64,000 nt of DNA from Candidatus Binatia bacterium (GCA_036506735.1 DASXRG010000136.1:17654-81653); one strand, 5' to 3'. Positions 26,940-36,726 are shown, counted from the first letter of the stretch. Numbers and translations: made by a program. Notes: generated by a model not told the origin, from the sequence alone.

Positions 26940-27992
26940 TCAGTCGCCGCAGGTTCCTATCTTCGTCGGCCCTCCCGCCGCTTTCAACGCCTCCTCGCCG
27001 AGCTTGACGTCGACGACCTGGTCATAGGTTGGCTTTTTGTCCGCCTGGATGTCGCCGTTCTCGATGCCGTTCTGGATCGACCACTCGGTGCGCTCTTTGG
27101 AAAAGCCGGTGTTGACGCTCCAGACGCAATTTTTCATCAGGTAATCGTAAGAGAAGCTGACCGCCTCCTGCGGTTTCTTGGTCGCCTCCACCATGACCGG
27201 AATGACCTTCTCCTTCTGCGCGTAGATCGCGCGGTTCGCTTCGATGAGTGAAGTCGCCACGTCGCGCACCAAAGCGCGATCCTTGGCGAGCATGCTCTCC
27301 GACGCGCCGTAGGCGTTGAAGAAATATTTCGGCATCAATTTGGCCAGATCCACCAGCACGTGCAGCCCCGGCTTTTCCTTCTGCGCCAGATAGACGTCTT
27401 CGGGATGCAGCGCCACGCCGTTAACCTGCCCGGCGATGAGACCGGGCAGCCTTCCGGCAGTCGCAGAGGAAACGAACTGGGCGTCGTCGACCGTAAGTCC
27501 GGCGCTCTTGAGCACCTCGCGGCCCATGACCCAATTAAGGCCGCCCACACCGCCGCCGGTCGCGCTCAGCCGCTTGCCTTTCAAATCCGCCGCCGTCTTG
27601 ACTTCCTCGCTCACCATATAGGCTTGCGGCAGGCGCGGCGCCATGCCCCAGAATTGTTTCGCCTTGAGACCCTGCGCGATGGCAGTCGCATTGATCGTGG
27701 CCATCGCTTGGCCCTGCACCACCGCGGCCAGATTGGCCGCCGAAGCGCCGCCTTCGAACTCGACGATTTCCGCGTCGATGCAATGCCGCGCGAAAATTCC
27801 CAGCGCGCGCGCCACGTAGATCGGAGTGTGCACCACGTTGGGCGGGGAGACCGAGATGCCGAGTTTCACCTTGCGCATCTCTTTGCAGGCGGGCTTGGCC
27901 GGTTCGGCGGCAAAAGCAAAATTCGCGACGGCAACCAAGAGCGCGAACAAAACGGTCAGAGCTATTCGACCGAGCAACCGTTGTCGAATCAT
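26940..27992 (-). CDS. NMT1/SsuA-like periplasmic SBP of a sulfonate/nitrate/taurine-type ABC transporter
   Basis: Signal peptide LLGRIALTVLFALLVAVANFAFAAE. AAGGAGG RBS. Downstream of a cognate permease and ATPase. Confidence 0.8.
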   Translation of the reverse strand: MIRQRLLGRIALTVLFALLVAVANFAFAAEPAKPACKEMRKVKLGISVSPPNVVHTPIYVARALGIFARHCIDAEIVEFEGGASAANLAAVVQGQAMATINATAIAQGLKAKQFWGMAPRLPQAYMVSEEVKTAADLKGKRLSATGGGVGGLNWVMGREVLKSAGLTVDDAQFVSSATAGRLPGLIAGQVNGVALHPEDVYLAQKEKPGLHVLVDLAKLMPKYFFNAYGASESMLAKDRALVRDVATSLIEANRAIYAQKEKVIPVMVEATKKPQEAVSFSYDYLMKNCVWSVNTGFSKERTEWSIQNGIENGDIQADKKPTYDQVVDVKLGEEALKAAGGPTKIGTCGD

Positions 27993-28011
27993 GTGAACCT
28001 CCTTCGTTCCC

Positions 28012-28887
28012 TTATTCTCGTCCCGGTTGATGCATCCACGGCGCGACGCGACGTTCGACGAAGCGCAAAATCCCGGTCAACGTGATGCCCAAAATTCCCA
28101 GCGTCACGATCGGCACGAACATCGCGTCGGTGCGGTACGTGCTGGCATAGCGCGAGATGAGATAGCCGATGCCCGTGATCGCCGTGTAGAGATCCGCCAG
28201 CACCATGCCGATCATGCCGCGGCCGATGGCGAGCCTCAAGCCGGCCACGATGAAGGGCACCGCCGCCGGCAACACGATGTGGCGCCAGAGATCGCGCTCG
28301 CGGCAGCGAAACGCGCGGCCGACCTCGATCAAGCGGTCGTCGACATTTTTTACTCCCTGATACGTGTTGATCACGATCGGGAAGAAAGTAAAAAGAAAAA
28401 CCACGGCGGTCTTGGCCGTCATTTCAAAACCGAACCAGAGCACCAGCACCGGCACCAGCGCGACCGAAGGGATGGAATAGAGCGCCGTGATGTAAGTATC
28501 GAGCGCGAGATCGACGACCCAAAAGCGCGCCATGACGAGGCCGAGCGCGATGCCAAAAACGGCCGCGAGACCGAGGCCGGTAAAGAGCACGATCAGGCTC
28601 TGCGACAGATATCTCCACAGCTCGCCGCTGGCGATCATCTTGACCGCGGCATTGGCCACCGCCGTTGGATAGGTGAACAAGATCGGATTGGTTTGACGGC
28701 CAAAGTATTCCCAGGCGCCGAGCACGACAACGAACGAAGCGATTCGAATCGCCACGCGAATCGCCGCCGCGCGCCGTTCGGCCGCCTGCGCGCGCTCCCG
28801 CGCCGCCTGCTGCTCCGCCGCCAGCTCTTGATCGGCGGCAGCGACAGCGCCCGCAGATATTCCATTGTCGGCTTTGCTGATGCTCAT
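28012..28887 (-). CDS. ABC-transporter permease (NitT/TauT, SsuC-like)
   Basis: Six TM helices. EAA-type loop ...EVGRAFRCRERDLWRHIVLPAAVPFIVAGLRLAIG. Confidence 0.8.
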   Translation of the reverse strand: MSISKADNGISAGAVAAADQELAAEQQAARERAQAAERRAAAIRVAIRIASFVVVLGAWEYFGRQTNPILFTYPTAVANAAVKMIASGELWRYLSQSLIVLFTGLGLAAVFGIALGLVMARFWVVDLALDTYITALYSIPSVALVPVLVLWFGFEMTAKTAVVFLFTFFPIVINTYQGVKNVDDRLIEVGRAFRCRERDLWRHIVLPAAVPFIVAGLRLAIGRGMIGMVLADLYTAITGIGYLISRYASTYRTDAMFVPIVTLGILGITLTGILRFVERRVAPWMHQPGRE

Positions 28888-28893
28888 CGCTTC

Positions 28894-29694
28894 CTACATG
28901 ACCACCGAAGGCCGCAGCTCGTCCCAGATGTGATTTCGCATCTCCATGTAACGCGGCGCGGCGCGCACCGCCGCCGGGTCACGCGGCCGGGAAAAATCCA
29001 CATTCAAAACCTCTTTGACCCGGCCGGGCCGGCTCGCCATCACCGCCACGCGGTCGCCGAGGACCAGCGCCTCGTCGATCGAGTGCGTGATGAAGACCAT
29101 GGTCTTGCGCTCGCGCTCGTGCAGACGAAGCAACTCTTCCTGCAGCACCTCGCGCGTCTGCGCGTCCACGGAAGCAAACGGCTCGTCCATCAACAAAATC
29201 TCCGGTTGCGTCGCAAGCGCGCGCGCCAGGCCGACTCGCTGCTGCATGCCGCCGCTGAGCTGGTAAGGATAGTGATCGTCGAATCCGGTAAGCCCGACGA
29301 GCCGGATGTAATGCTCGACCCGTTCGCTGAGTTCTTTGCGGGCAACGCCGGCGATCTTGAGGCCGAAGCCGACGTTGTCGACGACCGTCTTCCACGGCAG
29401 CAGGCCGAAATGTTGAAAGACGATCGCGACGCCCGCGCGCGGGCGATCGACCGATTCACCGTCGATCAAGACTTGTCCCGAGCTGGGCGCGAGCAGCCCG
29501 CCGATGCAGCGAAGCAAAGTCGTTTTGCCGCAGCCTGAGGGACCGACGATGCAAAGAACCTCGTTGCTTTTTACTTTGAGCTCGACGTTGCGAAAGGCGA
29601 CGACCGTCCCTTCGAGGAAAAGCTTGCTGGCGTGGTCCACCACGATCTTGGCGCCATCGGCCATGGGGAAAGAACCCGCCGTAACCCCTACCAA
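28894..29694 (-). CDS. ABC-transporter ATP-binding protein (SsuB/TauB-like)
   Basis: Walker A GPSGCGKTT, ABC signature LSGGMQQRVGLARAL, Walker B ILLMDEPF. An alternative internal start is at 29664. Confidence 0.85.
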   Translation of the reverse strand: MVGVTAGSFPMADGAKIVVDHASKLFLEGTVVAFRNVELKVKSNEVLCIVGPSGCGKTTLLRCIGGLLAPSSGQVLIDGESVDRPRAGVAIVFQHFGLLPWKTVVDNVGFGLKIAGVARKELSERVEHYIRLVGLTGFDDHYPYQLSGGMQQRVGLARALATQPEILLMDEPFASVDAQTREVLQEELLRLHERERKTMVFITHSIDEALVLGDRVAVMASRPGRVKEVLNVDFSRPRDPAAVRAAPRYMEMRNHIWDELRPSVVM

Positions 29695-29755
29695 GGCGCT
29701 CCCGACGTGTCAACAAGGAAGGATGAGGCTCAGGCTGACGACTGAGTAAAAAGAT

Positions 29756-30910
29756 TTACCTCCCCCATAATTCTTTCGTGGCGATGCGCGCGCCTTCCGC
29801 CATCGCCTCGAACTTGGCCCAGGCGATTTTCGGATCGCCGACGCGCGGGCCGAGCCCGCAGTCCGTGCCGCCCATGACGTTCTCGCGCCCGACGATTTTG
29901 GCGTAGCGCACGAGGCGGTCGGCGATCAAGCGCGGATGCTCGACGATGTCCGTCGCGTGGCCGACGACGCCGGGAACGAGAACTTTTCCTTCCGGCAGCT
30001 TCACCTCTTCCCACACGCGCCACTCATGATCGTGGCGCGGATTCGACGCTTCGATGGAATAAGTGTTGGCGCGGACTTTCAAAATAATATCGACGATGTC
30101 TCTCAGCGGAATATCGTACTTGTGCGGACCGTGATAACTACCCCAGCAGGTATGGAAGCGGACGCGATCCGGCGGAATTTCTCTCAGCGCGTGATTCAGC
30201 GCGTCGACCCGAACTTCGGCGTACTTGCGATACTCGGCGACGCTCATGTCGGCATGGATTTGCCAGGCGTCGGGCAGGTCGGGGTTGTCGATCTGAAGCA
30301 GAAAGCCGGCGTCGACGATCGCCTTGTACTCCTCCCGCATCGCCTCGGCCAACGCAAAAAGATACTCTTCGTCCGTGCGGTAGTAATCGTTTTTGAGCCA
30401 GTGCTCCATCGTGCCCGGCGCGACCGCCGGCAAAAACGCCTCCTCGACTTTCGCTCCCTGGAGCGCGGCTTTGAAAGTTTCGATGTCCGCTTTGACCGCG
30501 GCGTGGCCGATGTACTTGAGGGGGCCGTTGCAGAAAACCCGCCAGACGTTTTCGCCGCGCATCGTGGTGGTTCTTTTCTGAAAATATTCGGGAAAATCTT
30601 TATAGTCGCGGCCGTAGATCGTCGAAGGGCGCTCTTCCGGTTTGGCCTGCCGCTCGACAAAACCGCTCAGCCGCTCCCGCGCGTAGCGGGAAAAATTCGG
30701 CTTGCCCAACTCGCCGTCGTTGATGACGTCGAGGCCGCAATCGACCTGCTTCTTGACCGCCTCCGCGACCGCGCTCTCCACGCGCCGCGCCAGCGCGGCG
30801 CGGTCGTACGGCTGACCGTTGTTCCGGGCGAGAAGCATCGCTTTTAAATCCTCCGGCAGCGGCAGGCTGCCCGCATGGGTGGTGAGAATCCGCTCGGTGC
30901 TGTGTTTCAT
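29756..30910 (-). CDS. Cobalamin-independent methionine synthase (MetE C-terminal domain)-like methyltransferase
   Basis: 384 aa single MetE-type (Meth_synt_2-like) domain: ...THAGSLP...DVINDGELGKPNF...VRFHTCWGSYHGP...IEASNPRHDHEW... carries the Zn-binding His/Cys/Glu pattern. Confidence 0.7.
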   Translation of the reverse strand: MKHSTERILTTHAGSLPLPEDLKAMLLARNNGQPYDRAALARRVESAVAEAVKKQVDCGLDVINDGELGKPNFSRYARERLSGFVERQAKPEERPSTIYGRDYKDFPEYFQKRTTTMRGENVWRVFCNGPLKYIGHAAVKADIETFKAALQGAKVEEAFLPAVAPGTMEHWLKNDYYRTDEEYLFALAEAMREEYKAIVDAGFLLQIDNPDLPDAWQIHADMSVAEYRKYAEVRVDALNHALREIPPDRVRFHTCWGSYHGPHKYDIPLRDIVDIILKVRANTYSIEASNPRHDHEWRVWEEVKLPEGKVLVPGVVGHATDIVEHPRLIADRLVRYAKIVGRENVMGGTDCGLGPRVGDPKIAWAKFEAMAEGARIATKELWGR

Positions 30911-30980
30911 GTCATCTCCCTTTCCAAATGAACTTTATGCGAATACAAACGCAAGCGTCAACCCCGCCCTTTTGTGATCC

Positions 30981-31009
30981 TTGACAGCAACCGAACGGCT
31001 CTCTAGAAT
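30981..31009 (+). promoter_or_regulatory. Candidate sigma70 promoter TTGACA-N17-TAGAAT upstream of the glyoxalase-family gene
   Basis: Perfect -35 (30981-30986), 17-nt spacer and near-consensus -10 (31004-31009), ~25 nt before the AAGGAGA RBS and ATG 31035. Confidence 0.35.
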
Positions 31010-31034
31010 CCATCGCATCTAAGGAGAACCAATT

Positions 31035-31415
31035 ATGGGTAAAATTCGTCACATCGCCTACCGCGCGGCCGACGTTGAAAAGATGGCCAACTTCTTCGTC
31101 GATGCCCTGGGAATGGAAATCACGCAGCGGCGGAAGAACCGCGCCATCGATCTCTCCGACGGCTCGATTAACATCACGGTTTTGCCGCTGCGCGGCGCCG
31201 GGCCGAACGGCGAGCCGGAGAATCAAGGCATCGATCACATCGGCTTCTCGGTGGAAAACGACGACGCGGCGGGGCAAAAGCTGGAAAGCGCGGGCGCGAA
31301 AAAGATCGCCACGATCGAGCTCGGCAGCGCGGCGCACTACGAAGCGAAGTACAAAGGTCCCGAAGGGATCGTGGTTGATATCGGCAAGTGGATCGGCACG
31401 GAACCGGTAAAATAG
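31035..31415 (+). CDS. Glyoxalase/bleomycin-resistance/VOC family protein
   Basis: 126 aa. IRHIAYRAADVEKMANFFVDALGME...GIDHIGFSVEND is a paired beta-alpha-beta-beta-beta VOC module. Confidence 0.7.
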   Translation: MGKIRHIAYRAADVEKMANFFVDALGMEITQRRKNRAIDLSDGSINITVLPLRGAGPNGEPENQGIDHIGFSVENDDAAGQKLESAGAKKIATIELGSAAHYEAKYKGPEGIVVDIGKWIGTEPVK

Positions 31416-31436
31416 GCCGGATTGTGGAGCTCGCCT

Positions 31437-32159
31437 CTAGGGTTTCATCTTCGAGTAGGAATTGATCGTCGCGTGCAGGTTCTTGGCGAAGTCGTTTGCC
31501 GCCTGCGTGTCCATCCCATAAGCGAATCTCGCATATTCTTTCACGGCCAGCACCGCGGGCAGCGGATATTTGGTCAGCTGATTGACGAGCTCGCTCACCG
31601 CGGACTCCAGCTTATCAGCCGAAACAACGCCGCTCGCCAAACCGAAACCGACGGCTTGGCGCGCGTCGACTTCCTCGGTCGAATAGACCAAATACATGAG
31701 CGCTTTGCGCGGCACGCGGTCGATTAGCGCCGACATCGCGATCGTCGGCATGATGTTGTGTCCCATCTCCGGCACTTGAAAGCGCGCCTTCTCGCTCGCC
31801 AGCGTGATGTCGCACAGCGCCGCCAGCGCGCAGCCGAACCCGGCGGCTCTTCCCTGCACGGCGCCGACGATTGGGACTTTCGCCCGGCGGAATGCGTCGT
31901 AGCAATTGAAGATGGTCTCGCTTCGGCCGCGGAAATCGTAAGCTTCGATGGCAGCCCCGCGCTGGCCCATCGCCTCGCGACCCAGACAAAATTCTTCGCC
32001 CGCGGCTTTGAGGACAATCAGCCGCGACTCCTTCGCGGCATTGTCGATCATGTCCGCCAATTGGCCGATCGTCGCATCGCTCACGCGATTGCCGATCTCC
32101 GGTCGGTTCAGCGTGATCACGCTTACATCGCCGTTTCGCTCGTAAAGTAATTCCGCCAT
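31437..32159 (-). CDS. Enoyl-CoA hydratase/isomerase family protein
   Basis: VSVITLNRPEIGNRVSDAT...VLKAAGEEFCLGRE...PIVGAVQGRAAGFGCALAALCDITLA is the canonical crotonase fold. Confidence 0.8.
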   Translation of the reverse strand: MAELLYERNGDVSVITLNRPEIGNRVSDATIGQLADMIDNAAKESRLIVLKAAGEEFCLGREAMGQRGAAIEAYDFRGRSETIFNCYDAFRRAKVPIVGAVQGRAAGFGCALAALCDITLASEKARFQVPEMGHNIMPTIAMSALIDRVPRKALMYLVYSTEEVDARQAVGFGLASGVVSADKLESAVSELVNQLTKYPLPAVLAVKEYARFAYGMDTQAANDFAKNLHATINSYSKMKP

Positions 32160-32187
32160 AGGACCTCCGTTGATCTAAAAACTGTAC

Positions 32188-33297
32188 TTACAGCCGCTCC
32201 TCCAGCCAATCGAGCATGAACGGCAAGTTATGCGCCCAGTAGTCGTGACTGCAATGGATCGCGCCGCCGGTGTCCGGGTCGTCGTAGATCTTCAAACTTT
32301 TGTCGGCGCTGCCAAGCTCGGCGAACAGGCGCTTCGCGCCCTCGACCCTCATGAGGCGGTCTCCGCCGCCGTGCGCAATCAATGTGGGGCAGGTGATTTT
32401 TTTCGCCGCGCCTGCCAGTGTGAACAACTCCAGCCGCTCGCGCGCCTCGGCGTCCGTGACGCCGCCGAGGATGCGCTGCAAAGTCGGCTGCAGGTGCGGG
32501 CAAAAAAGATAAAGATCATCGAGCACGCTGTAGCAGCCGGACCAGCAGACGAGCGCCTTGATCCGCTGATCGAAGGCCGCGGCGCGCGGCGCGTAGTAGC
32601 CGGCCATGCTGATCCCGACGACGGCGATCCTGTTTGGCTCGACTTCGGAACGAGAGACAAGATAGTCGATGCAGGCCCGCGCCGGAATTTCATAATCGTG
32701 GCGCGTCGGAATATTTTTCACGTAGTGCGACGAGCCGCGGCCCGGCGTGTCCGCCAGCAGCACCGCCCAGCCGCGCGCCAGCATCGGCCGGGCGCCGAAG
32801 TAAATTTCCTCCGCGTAGGCGTCCGCGCCGCCGAGAAAGAGAATCGCCGGCCAGGGTCCGGGTTGGGGATCGACCGGATGACAGAAATAGCCGTCGTACT
32901 CTTCGTCGCCGCAGCGCACGCTGATCACTTCGATGGGCGGCGCGTGGAGTTCGGCCGCGGCGCGAAAATTTTCCCGGGCTTTTAGAAAACGTTGGGTTTT
33001 CTCTCTCATCTCGTCCGCGGTAAGCAGGACGTCCGACATGCGATAATATTGGTTGGCGTGAAAAAAATTCCTCATGGCGCTGTCCTGGTGACCTAGAGCC
33101 AGCGCCCGCTTTGCGGTCGCCTCCGTCCTCTCGGCCAGATCGAGCCAGCCGCGCTCCCACCCTTCCAGGTCGCCCGGCTCGAGGCGCTCGCAGAGCCGCG
33201 CGATGTCGAAAAGGTCTCCGCCGCCTTGCTGCGCCTCGGCGGCGAGCCTGAGCACGTGAAAGCCCCACGGATGATTCGGCTTCAGAAAATTCAGCAT
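32188..33297 (-). CDS. Alpha/beta hydrolase, FrsA/DUF1100-like esterase family, paralog
   Basis: AILFLGGADAYAEE...RIAVVGISMAGYY...LIAHGGGDRLM...HCSHDYW. Alignable to 25840-26916 and 57393-58490. Confidence 0.7.
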   Translation of the reverse strand: MLNFLKPNHPWGFHVLRLAAEAQQGGGDLFDIARLCERLEPGDLEGWERGWLDLAERTEATAKRALALGHQDSAMRNFFHANQYYRMSDVLLTADEMREKTQRFLKARENFRAAAELHAPPIEVISVRCGDEEYDGYFCHPVDPQPGPWPAILFLGGADAYAEEIYFGARPMLARGWAVLLADTPGRGSSHYVKNIPTRHDYEIPARACIDYLVSRSEVEPNRIAVVGISMAGYYAPRAAAFDQRIKALVCWSGCYSVLDDLYLFCPHLQPTLQRILGGVTDAEARERLELFTLAGAAKKITCPTLIAHGGGDRLMRVEGAKRLFAELGSADKSLKIYDDPDTGGAIHCSHDYWAHNLPFMLDWLEERL

Positions 33298-33358
33298 GAA
33301 GTTGTTGCACCGTTGGCAGAAAGAACCTAGGCAAAATTTTGTTGGGCGTCAAGCCAAC

Positions 33359-33393
33359 AAAAAAAGGCCCGCCGCAGATTGCTGCGACGGGCC
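33359..33393 (-). terminator. Rho-independent terminator downstream of dacC (minus strand)
   Basis: Hairpin ggcccgccgcag-attg-ctgcgacgggcc (11/12 bp stem), followed on the minus strand by a 7-nt U-run (plus-strand A7 at 33359-33365). A second short hairpin ttgttgg...ccaacaa lies adjacent. Confidence 0.45.
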
Positions 33394-33428
33394 CGCTCAG
33401 GTTCTTCAATCCTAATTCAGCCGCCCTG

Positions 33429-34616
33429 CTAGAACATGCGATCCCAGAGGCGCCAGATAATATTGGACTGCTGGATATCCTGATTGGAAATCAAGGTGAA
33501 TTTTCCGACGGGCTTGTCGCCCAGTGTGAGAGTTAGCTCGCCGAGCTTGTCGCCCTTCTTGAGCGGCGCCCACACCGGACTGCTCAGTTGAATATTGGAT
33601 TTGATCGCCTTCTCATCCGCTCGTTTGACCAGAATCTGCGCCGGGCTGCCGACCACCGCCTGAAGCGATTTGATCTGGCCCCCCTTGATCCTAATCGCTT
33701 GCGGCACAACCTCGCCGGGTTTCATGACCGTCAGGATCTTGTATTCGCTGAATCCCATCGTCAGCAGACGCGCCCCTTCACGGAAACGAATCTTGTTGGT
33801 GGGAGAACCCAGGGTCACAGAGATCAGCCGCATGCCGTCGCGCTCCGCGGTCGCCGCGAGATTGAACCCGGCTTCATGATAGGAGCCGGTCTTGAGTCCG
33901 TCCGCTCCGGGAAATTTTCCGATCAGATGATTGGTGTTTTCCAGGACGAACTTTCCGTCGCGGAAACCCTCCTTGACGATCGAGGTCCATTTGAGAATCT
34001 CCGGATACTTGACCAGCTCGCGCGCCAGCAGCGCCGTATCGTAGGCGCTGGTGACGTCTGGCTGCTGGCTTCTTTCCGGCGGGAGACCGTGCGCGTTGAA
34101 GTACTTTGTATCCTTGAGCCCCAGCTCCTGCGCGCGCTGGTTCATCATCACGACAAAGGCGTCGGCGTCGCCCGCGAGTTTTTCCGCCACGGCTTCGGAA
34201 GCGTCGTTGGCCGAGTGGACGGCGATCGCCTTCATCATGTCTTCGAGGGGAAAACTTTCTCCCTGCTTGAGATAGACCTGCGAGCCGCCCATCTTGCTGG
34301 CGCGCGCCGAGACCAGAACGGGATCGGTCAGCTTGATCGCTCCCTGCTTGACTTTTTCGATCACGATGAGCATGAGCATCATCTTCGTGAGCGAAGCCGG
34401 CGGCCAGGGTTTGTGGATTTCCTGCTCAAAAAGGATTTGCCCGGTTTTTGGCTCCATCAGGATCGCCGCGACGTACGGCGTCTGATTGTCCTCGACGACC
34501 TTCTGCGCGCCACGGCCCAGCCGTTGCGCGTTGGTCTCGCCGAGGAACAGCGCGTGGAGAAAAAACAGCGCGGCCAAAAAACTCACGGTCAAATGTCTTG
34601 CTTTACGTACCGTCAT
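33429..34616 (-). CDS. dacC: D-alanyl-D-alanine carboxypeptidase (peptidase S11, PBP5/6-like)
   Basis: Signal peptide. SxxK (ASLTKMM), SxN (HSANDA) and KTG (LKTGSY) motifs, plus a C-terminal beta-domain. Confidence 0.8.
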   Translation of the reverse strand: MTVRKARHLTVSFLAALFFLHALFLGETNAQRLGRGAQKVVEDNQTPYVAAILMEPKTGQILFEQEIHKPWPPASLTKMMLMLIVIEKVKQGAIKLTDPVLVSARASKMGGSQVYLKQGESFPLEDMMKAIAVHSANDASEAVAEKLAGDADAFVVMMNQRAQELGLKDTKYFNAHGLPPERSQQPDVTSAYDTALLARELVKYPEILKWTSIVKEGFRDGKFVLENTNHLIGKFPGADGLKTGSYHEAGFNLAATAERDGMRLISVTLGSPTNKIRFREGARLLTMGFSEYKILTVMKPGEVVPQAIRIKGGQIKSLQAVVGSPAQILVKRADEKAIKSNIQLSSPVWAPLKKGDKLGELTLTLGDKPVGKFTLISNQDIQQSNIIWRLWDRMF

Positions 34617-34805
34617 TCTGGAAAGCCTCCTTACGGCTTAAAATTGCTGGGGCTGATTTTACACGTTTGCAAGGAACCTGACAAGTTTTCAGTCCCGGCA
34701 GCGCCGAAAGGGCAAGAAATGGCCGGAACCAGAGCTTTAAATCTCAGATTGCAGATGCCGGTAGCGTTTCTAGGCAGCAGGATTCGGCGGATTGACAGAA
34801 ACGCT

Positions 34806-35534
34806 CTAGGTTTCGTTCACGAGCTTGCCTTCTTGATACGCGACGCACTGGCCGCTCTGGCTCAACGGGAGCTCGGCCGCCAGAACGAACGCCTGGCCCA
34901 AGATCTCGGGACCGGGCATACGGTTAAGCGCCTCCTGCGGAGCGCCTTCGGTGGCGATGGGAACGCGCGGCGAAAAAATCACCACGCAGACATTCGACTC
35001 TCTCACTTCCTCCGCGACGTAGCGCGTGAAGGTGCGGATGGCTTCTTTGGTCACCATGTAAGCGCACGCGCCGGCGGGTTTGACGCCTCCGCCGCCGTAG
35101 AGATTGACGATGTGGCCCGACCTCTTCGATTCCATGTGCGGAAGAACCTGCTTGGTGCAAAAAAAGGTGCCGCCGAGATTCGTTTGGATGACGCGGTCCC
35201 AAAACGCTGCGTCCATGTCCCGGATGCGCGGCCACCGCGGAATTCCCCAGGCAAAATGCGGCACGATCGCGGCGTTATTGACCAGGACGTCGATTTGACC
35301 GAACCTGCTCATCGTCTGATCGACCATCTTCTTCACGTCTTCTTCGGTGCGCACATCGGCGTTAACCGCGAGACTGTCCGTAAGGCGAGCAAGCTCGCCC
35401 GAAGTTTTCTGCAGCCGTTCTTTGTCGAAGTCGGCGATCACAACCTTCGCCTTCTCTCGTGCGAAAGTTATGGCCGCGTGCCGGCCGATCCCTTTGCCGC
35501 CGCCGGTAACGATAACGACTTTTCCTTCGAGCAT
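34806..35534 (-). CDS. Short-chain dehydrogenase/reductase (SDR)
   Basis: MLEGKVVIVTGGGKGIGRHAA (TGxxxGxG), NNAAI, YxxxK (CAYMVTKEA). Start set at the internal ATG that yields a canonical SDR N-terminus. Confidence 0.85.
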   Translation of the reverse strand: MLEGKVVIVTGGGKGIGRHAAITFAREKAKVVIADFDKERLQKTSGELARLTDSLAVNADVRTEEDVKKMVDQTMSRFGQIDVLVNNAAIVPHFAWGIPRWPRIRDMDAAFWDRVIQTNLGGTFFCTKQVLPHMESKRSGHIVNLYGGGGVKPAGACAYMVTKEAIRTFTRYVAEEVRESNVCVVIFSPRVPIATEGAPQEALNRMPGPEILGQAFVLAAELPLSQSGQCVAYQEGKLVNET

Positions 35535-35627
35535 GAGCGCCCTCCTGGATCGAATTATTGTTACAACTGAACCAGCGCATATCGCAAACCGCTGGCTCAA
35601 TCAATCCGCTGTTGTTACTATCACAGC

Positions 35628-36065
35628 ATGGGCTGGCAGGAGAATCTCATCGAAGATGCCGCACAGATCCGAGAGCTGATCTCACGAACCAAAAGCGTCG
35701 CCGTCCTCGGCATCAAAACGGAAAAGCAGGGCTCCCAGCCCGCTTTCTACGTCCCCAGCTATCTCGCCGCCGCCGGCTTCGAGATCATTCCGGTGCCGGT
35801 CTATTACCCGAACGTTACGGATATTCTCGGTAAAAAAGTTTATCGCCGATTGATCGACGTGCCCGGCGAAATCGATCTGGTCGATGTCTTCCGCCGGGCG
35901 CACGATATCTCCGGACACGCGGAAGACATCCTGGCGAAAAAGCCGCAGGCGGTCTGGTTTCAATCCGGAATCCGCAACGACGAGGTGGCCGAGCAATTAG
36001 CGAAAGCCGGCATACAAGTGGTTCAAGACCGCTGCCTGATGGTCGAGCATCGCTCAATGCTATGA
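35628..36065 (+). CDS. CoA-binding domain protein (YccU/CoA_binding_2 family)
   Basis: 145 aa. ...KSVAVLGIKTEKQGSQPAFYVPSYLAAAGFEIIPV... is a Rossmann-like CoA-binding signature. Confidence 0.7.
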   Translation: MGWQENLIEDAAQIRELISRTKSVAVLGIKTEKQGSQPAFYVPSYLAAAGFEIIPVPVYYPNVTDILGKKVYRRLIDVPGEIDLVDVFRRAHDISGHAEDILAKKPQAVWFQSGIRNDEVAEQLAKAGIQVVQDRCLMVEHRSML

Positions 36066-36105
36066 ACGTGTTGTAACGGAATGGACGGAGTGTAAAATTG
36101 AAAAT

Positions 36106-36726
36106 ATGAAAACCGAAACCGAGCTCGGCCTCACGCGCCGCGAATTTCTTACCGCTTCGGTGGCAGTGCCCGCCATCCTTTTATGTAACTCGGTTCACGG
36201 TTGGGAGATCGTTGCGGCGACGCGTGAGCTGGAAGCGACGCCGGCCTGCGGCGACAAAGACGACGTGACGCCGGCGCAAACGGAGGGGCCGTTCTTCAAG
36301 CCGCGCTCGCCGGAGCGCAAGTCGCTGCTCGAACCGGGCATCCAGGGAACCAAAATTATTCTTGAAGGCCGCGTTCGTTCGACGAAATGCAAACCCATCG
36401 AGAAAGCGCTCGTCGATTTCTGGCAGGCGGACGCGGGCGGAGAATATGACAACGCTGGCTACAGGCTGCGCGGCCACCAGTTTACCGATGGGAATGGATT
36501 GTATCGTTTGGAAACGATCGTGCCGGGGCTCTACCCCGGACGCACGCGCCACTTCCACGTCCGCGTGCAGGCGCCGAACCGCCCGATTCTTACCACGCAG
36601 CTTTATTTTCCCGGCGAGCCCGACAACAAACGAGACGGGATCTTCAATCCGAAACTGGTGATGGCTATCCGCGACGCGGCAGGCGCTAAGACCGGTAACT
36701 TCGATTTTGTTGTGGATCTTGGTTAA
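36106..36726 (+). CDS. Intradiol ring-cleavage dioxygenase-like protein with twin-arginine (Tat) signal
   Basis: TRREFLTASVAVPAIL is a Tat motif. Dioxygenase_C-like core: VDFWQADAGGEYDN...GLYPGRTRHFHVRVQAPN...TQLYFPGEP. Confidence 0.7.
   Translation: MKTETELGLTRREFLTASVAVPAILLCNSVHGWEIVAATRELEATPACGDKDDVTPAQTEGPFFKPRSPERKSLLEPGIQGTKIILEGRVRSTKCKPIEKALVDFWQADAGGEYDNAGYRLRGHQFTDGNGLYRLETIVPGLYPGRTRHFHVRVQAPNRPILTTQLYFPGEPDNKRDGIFNPKLVMAIRDAAGAKTGNFDFVVDLG

Noticed and set aside
28027-29538. 503-aa plus-strand ORF covering the ABC permease/ATPase region; similar long antisense ORFs at 33588-35570, 49934-51448, 50190-51722, 62539-63912, 2689-3876 and 664-1506
   Set aside because: All lie antisense to, or in alternate frames of, genes with clear family motifs (Walker A/B, SxxK/SxN/KTG, CHAT His/Cys, M24 metal ligands). 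Their products are Arg/Ala/Gly-rich with no motifs, which is the usual GC-rich open-frame artefact.
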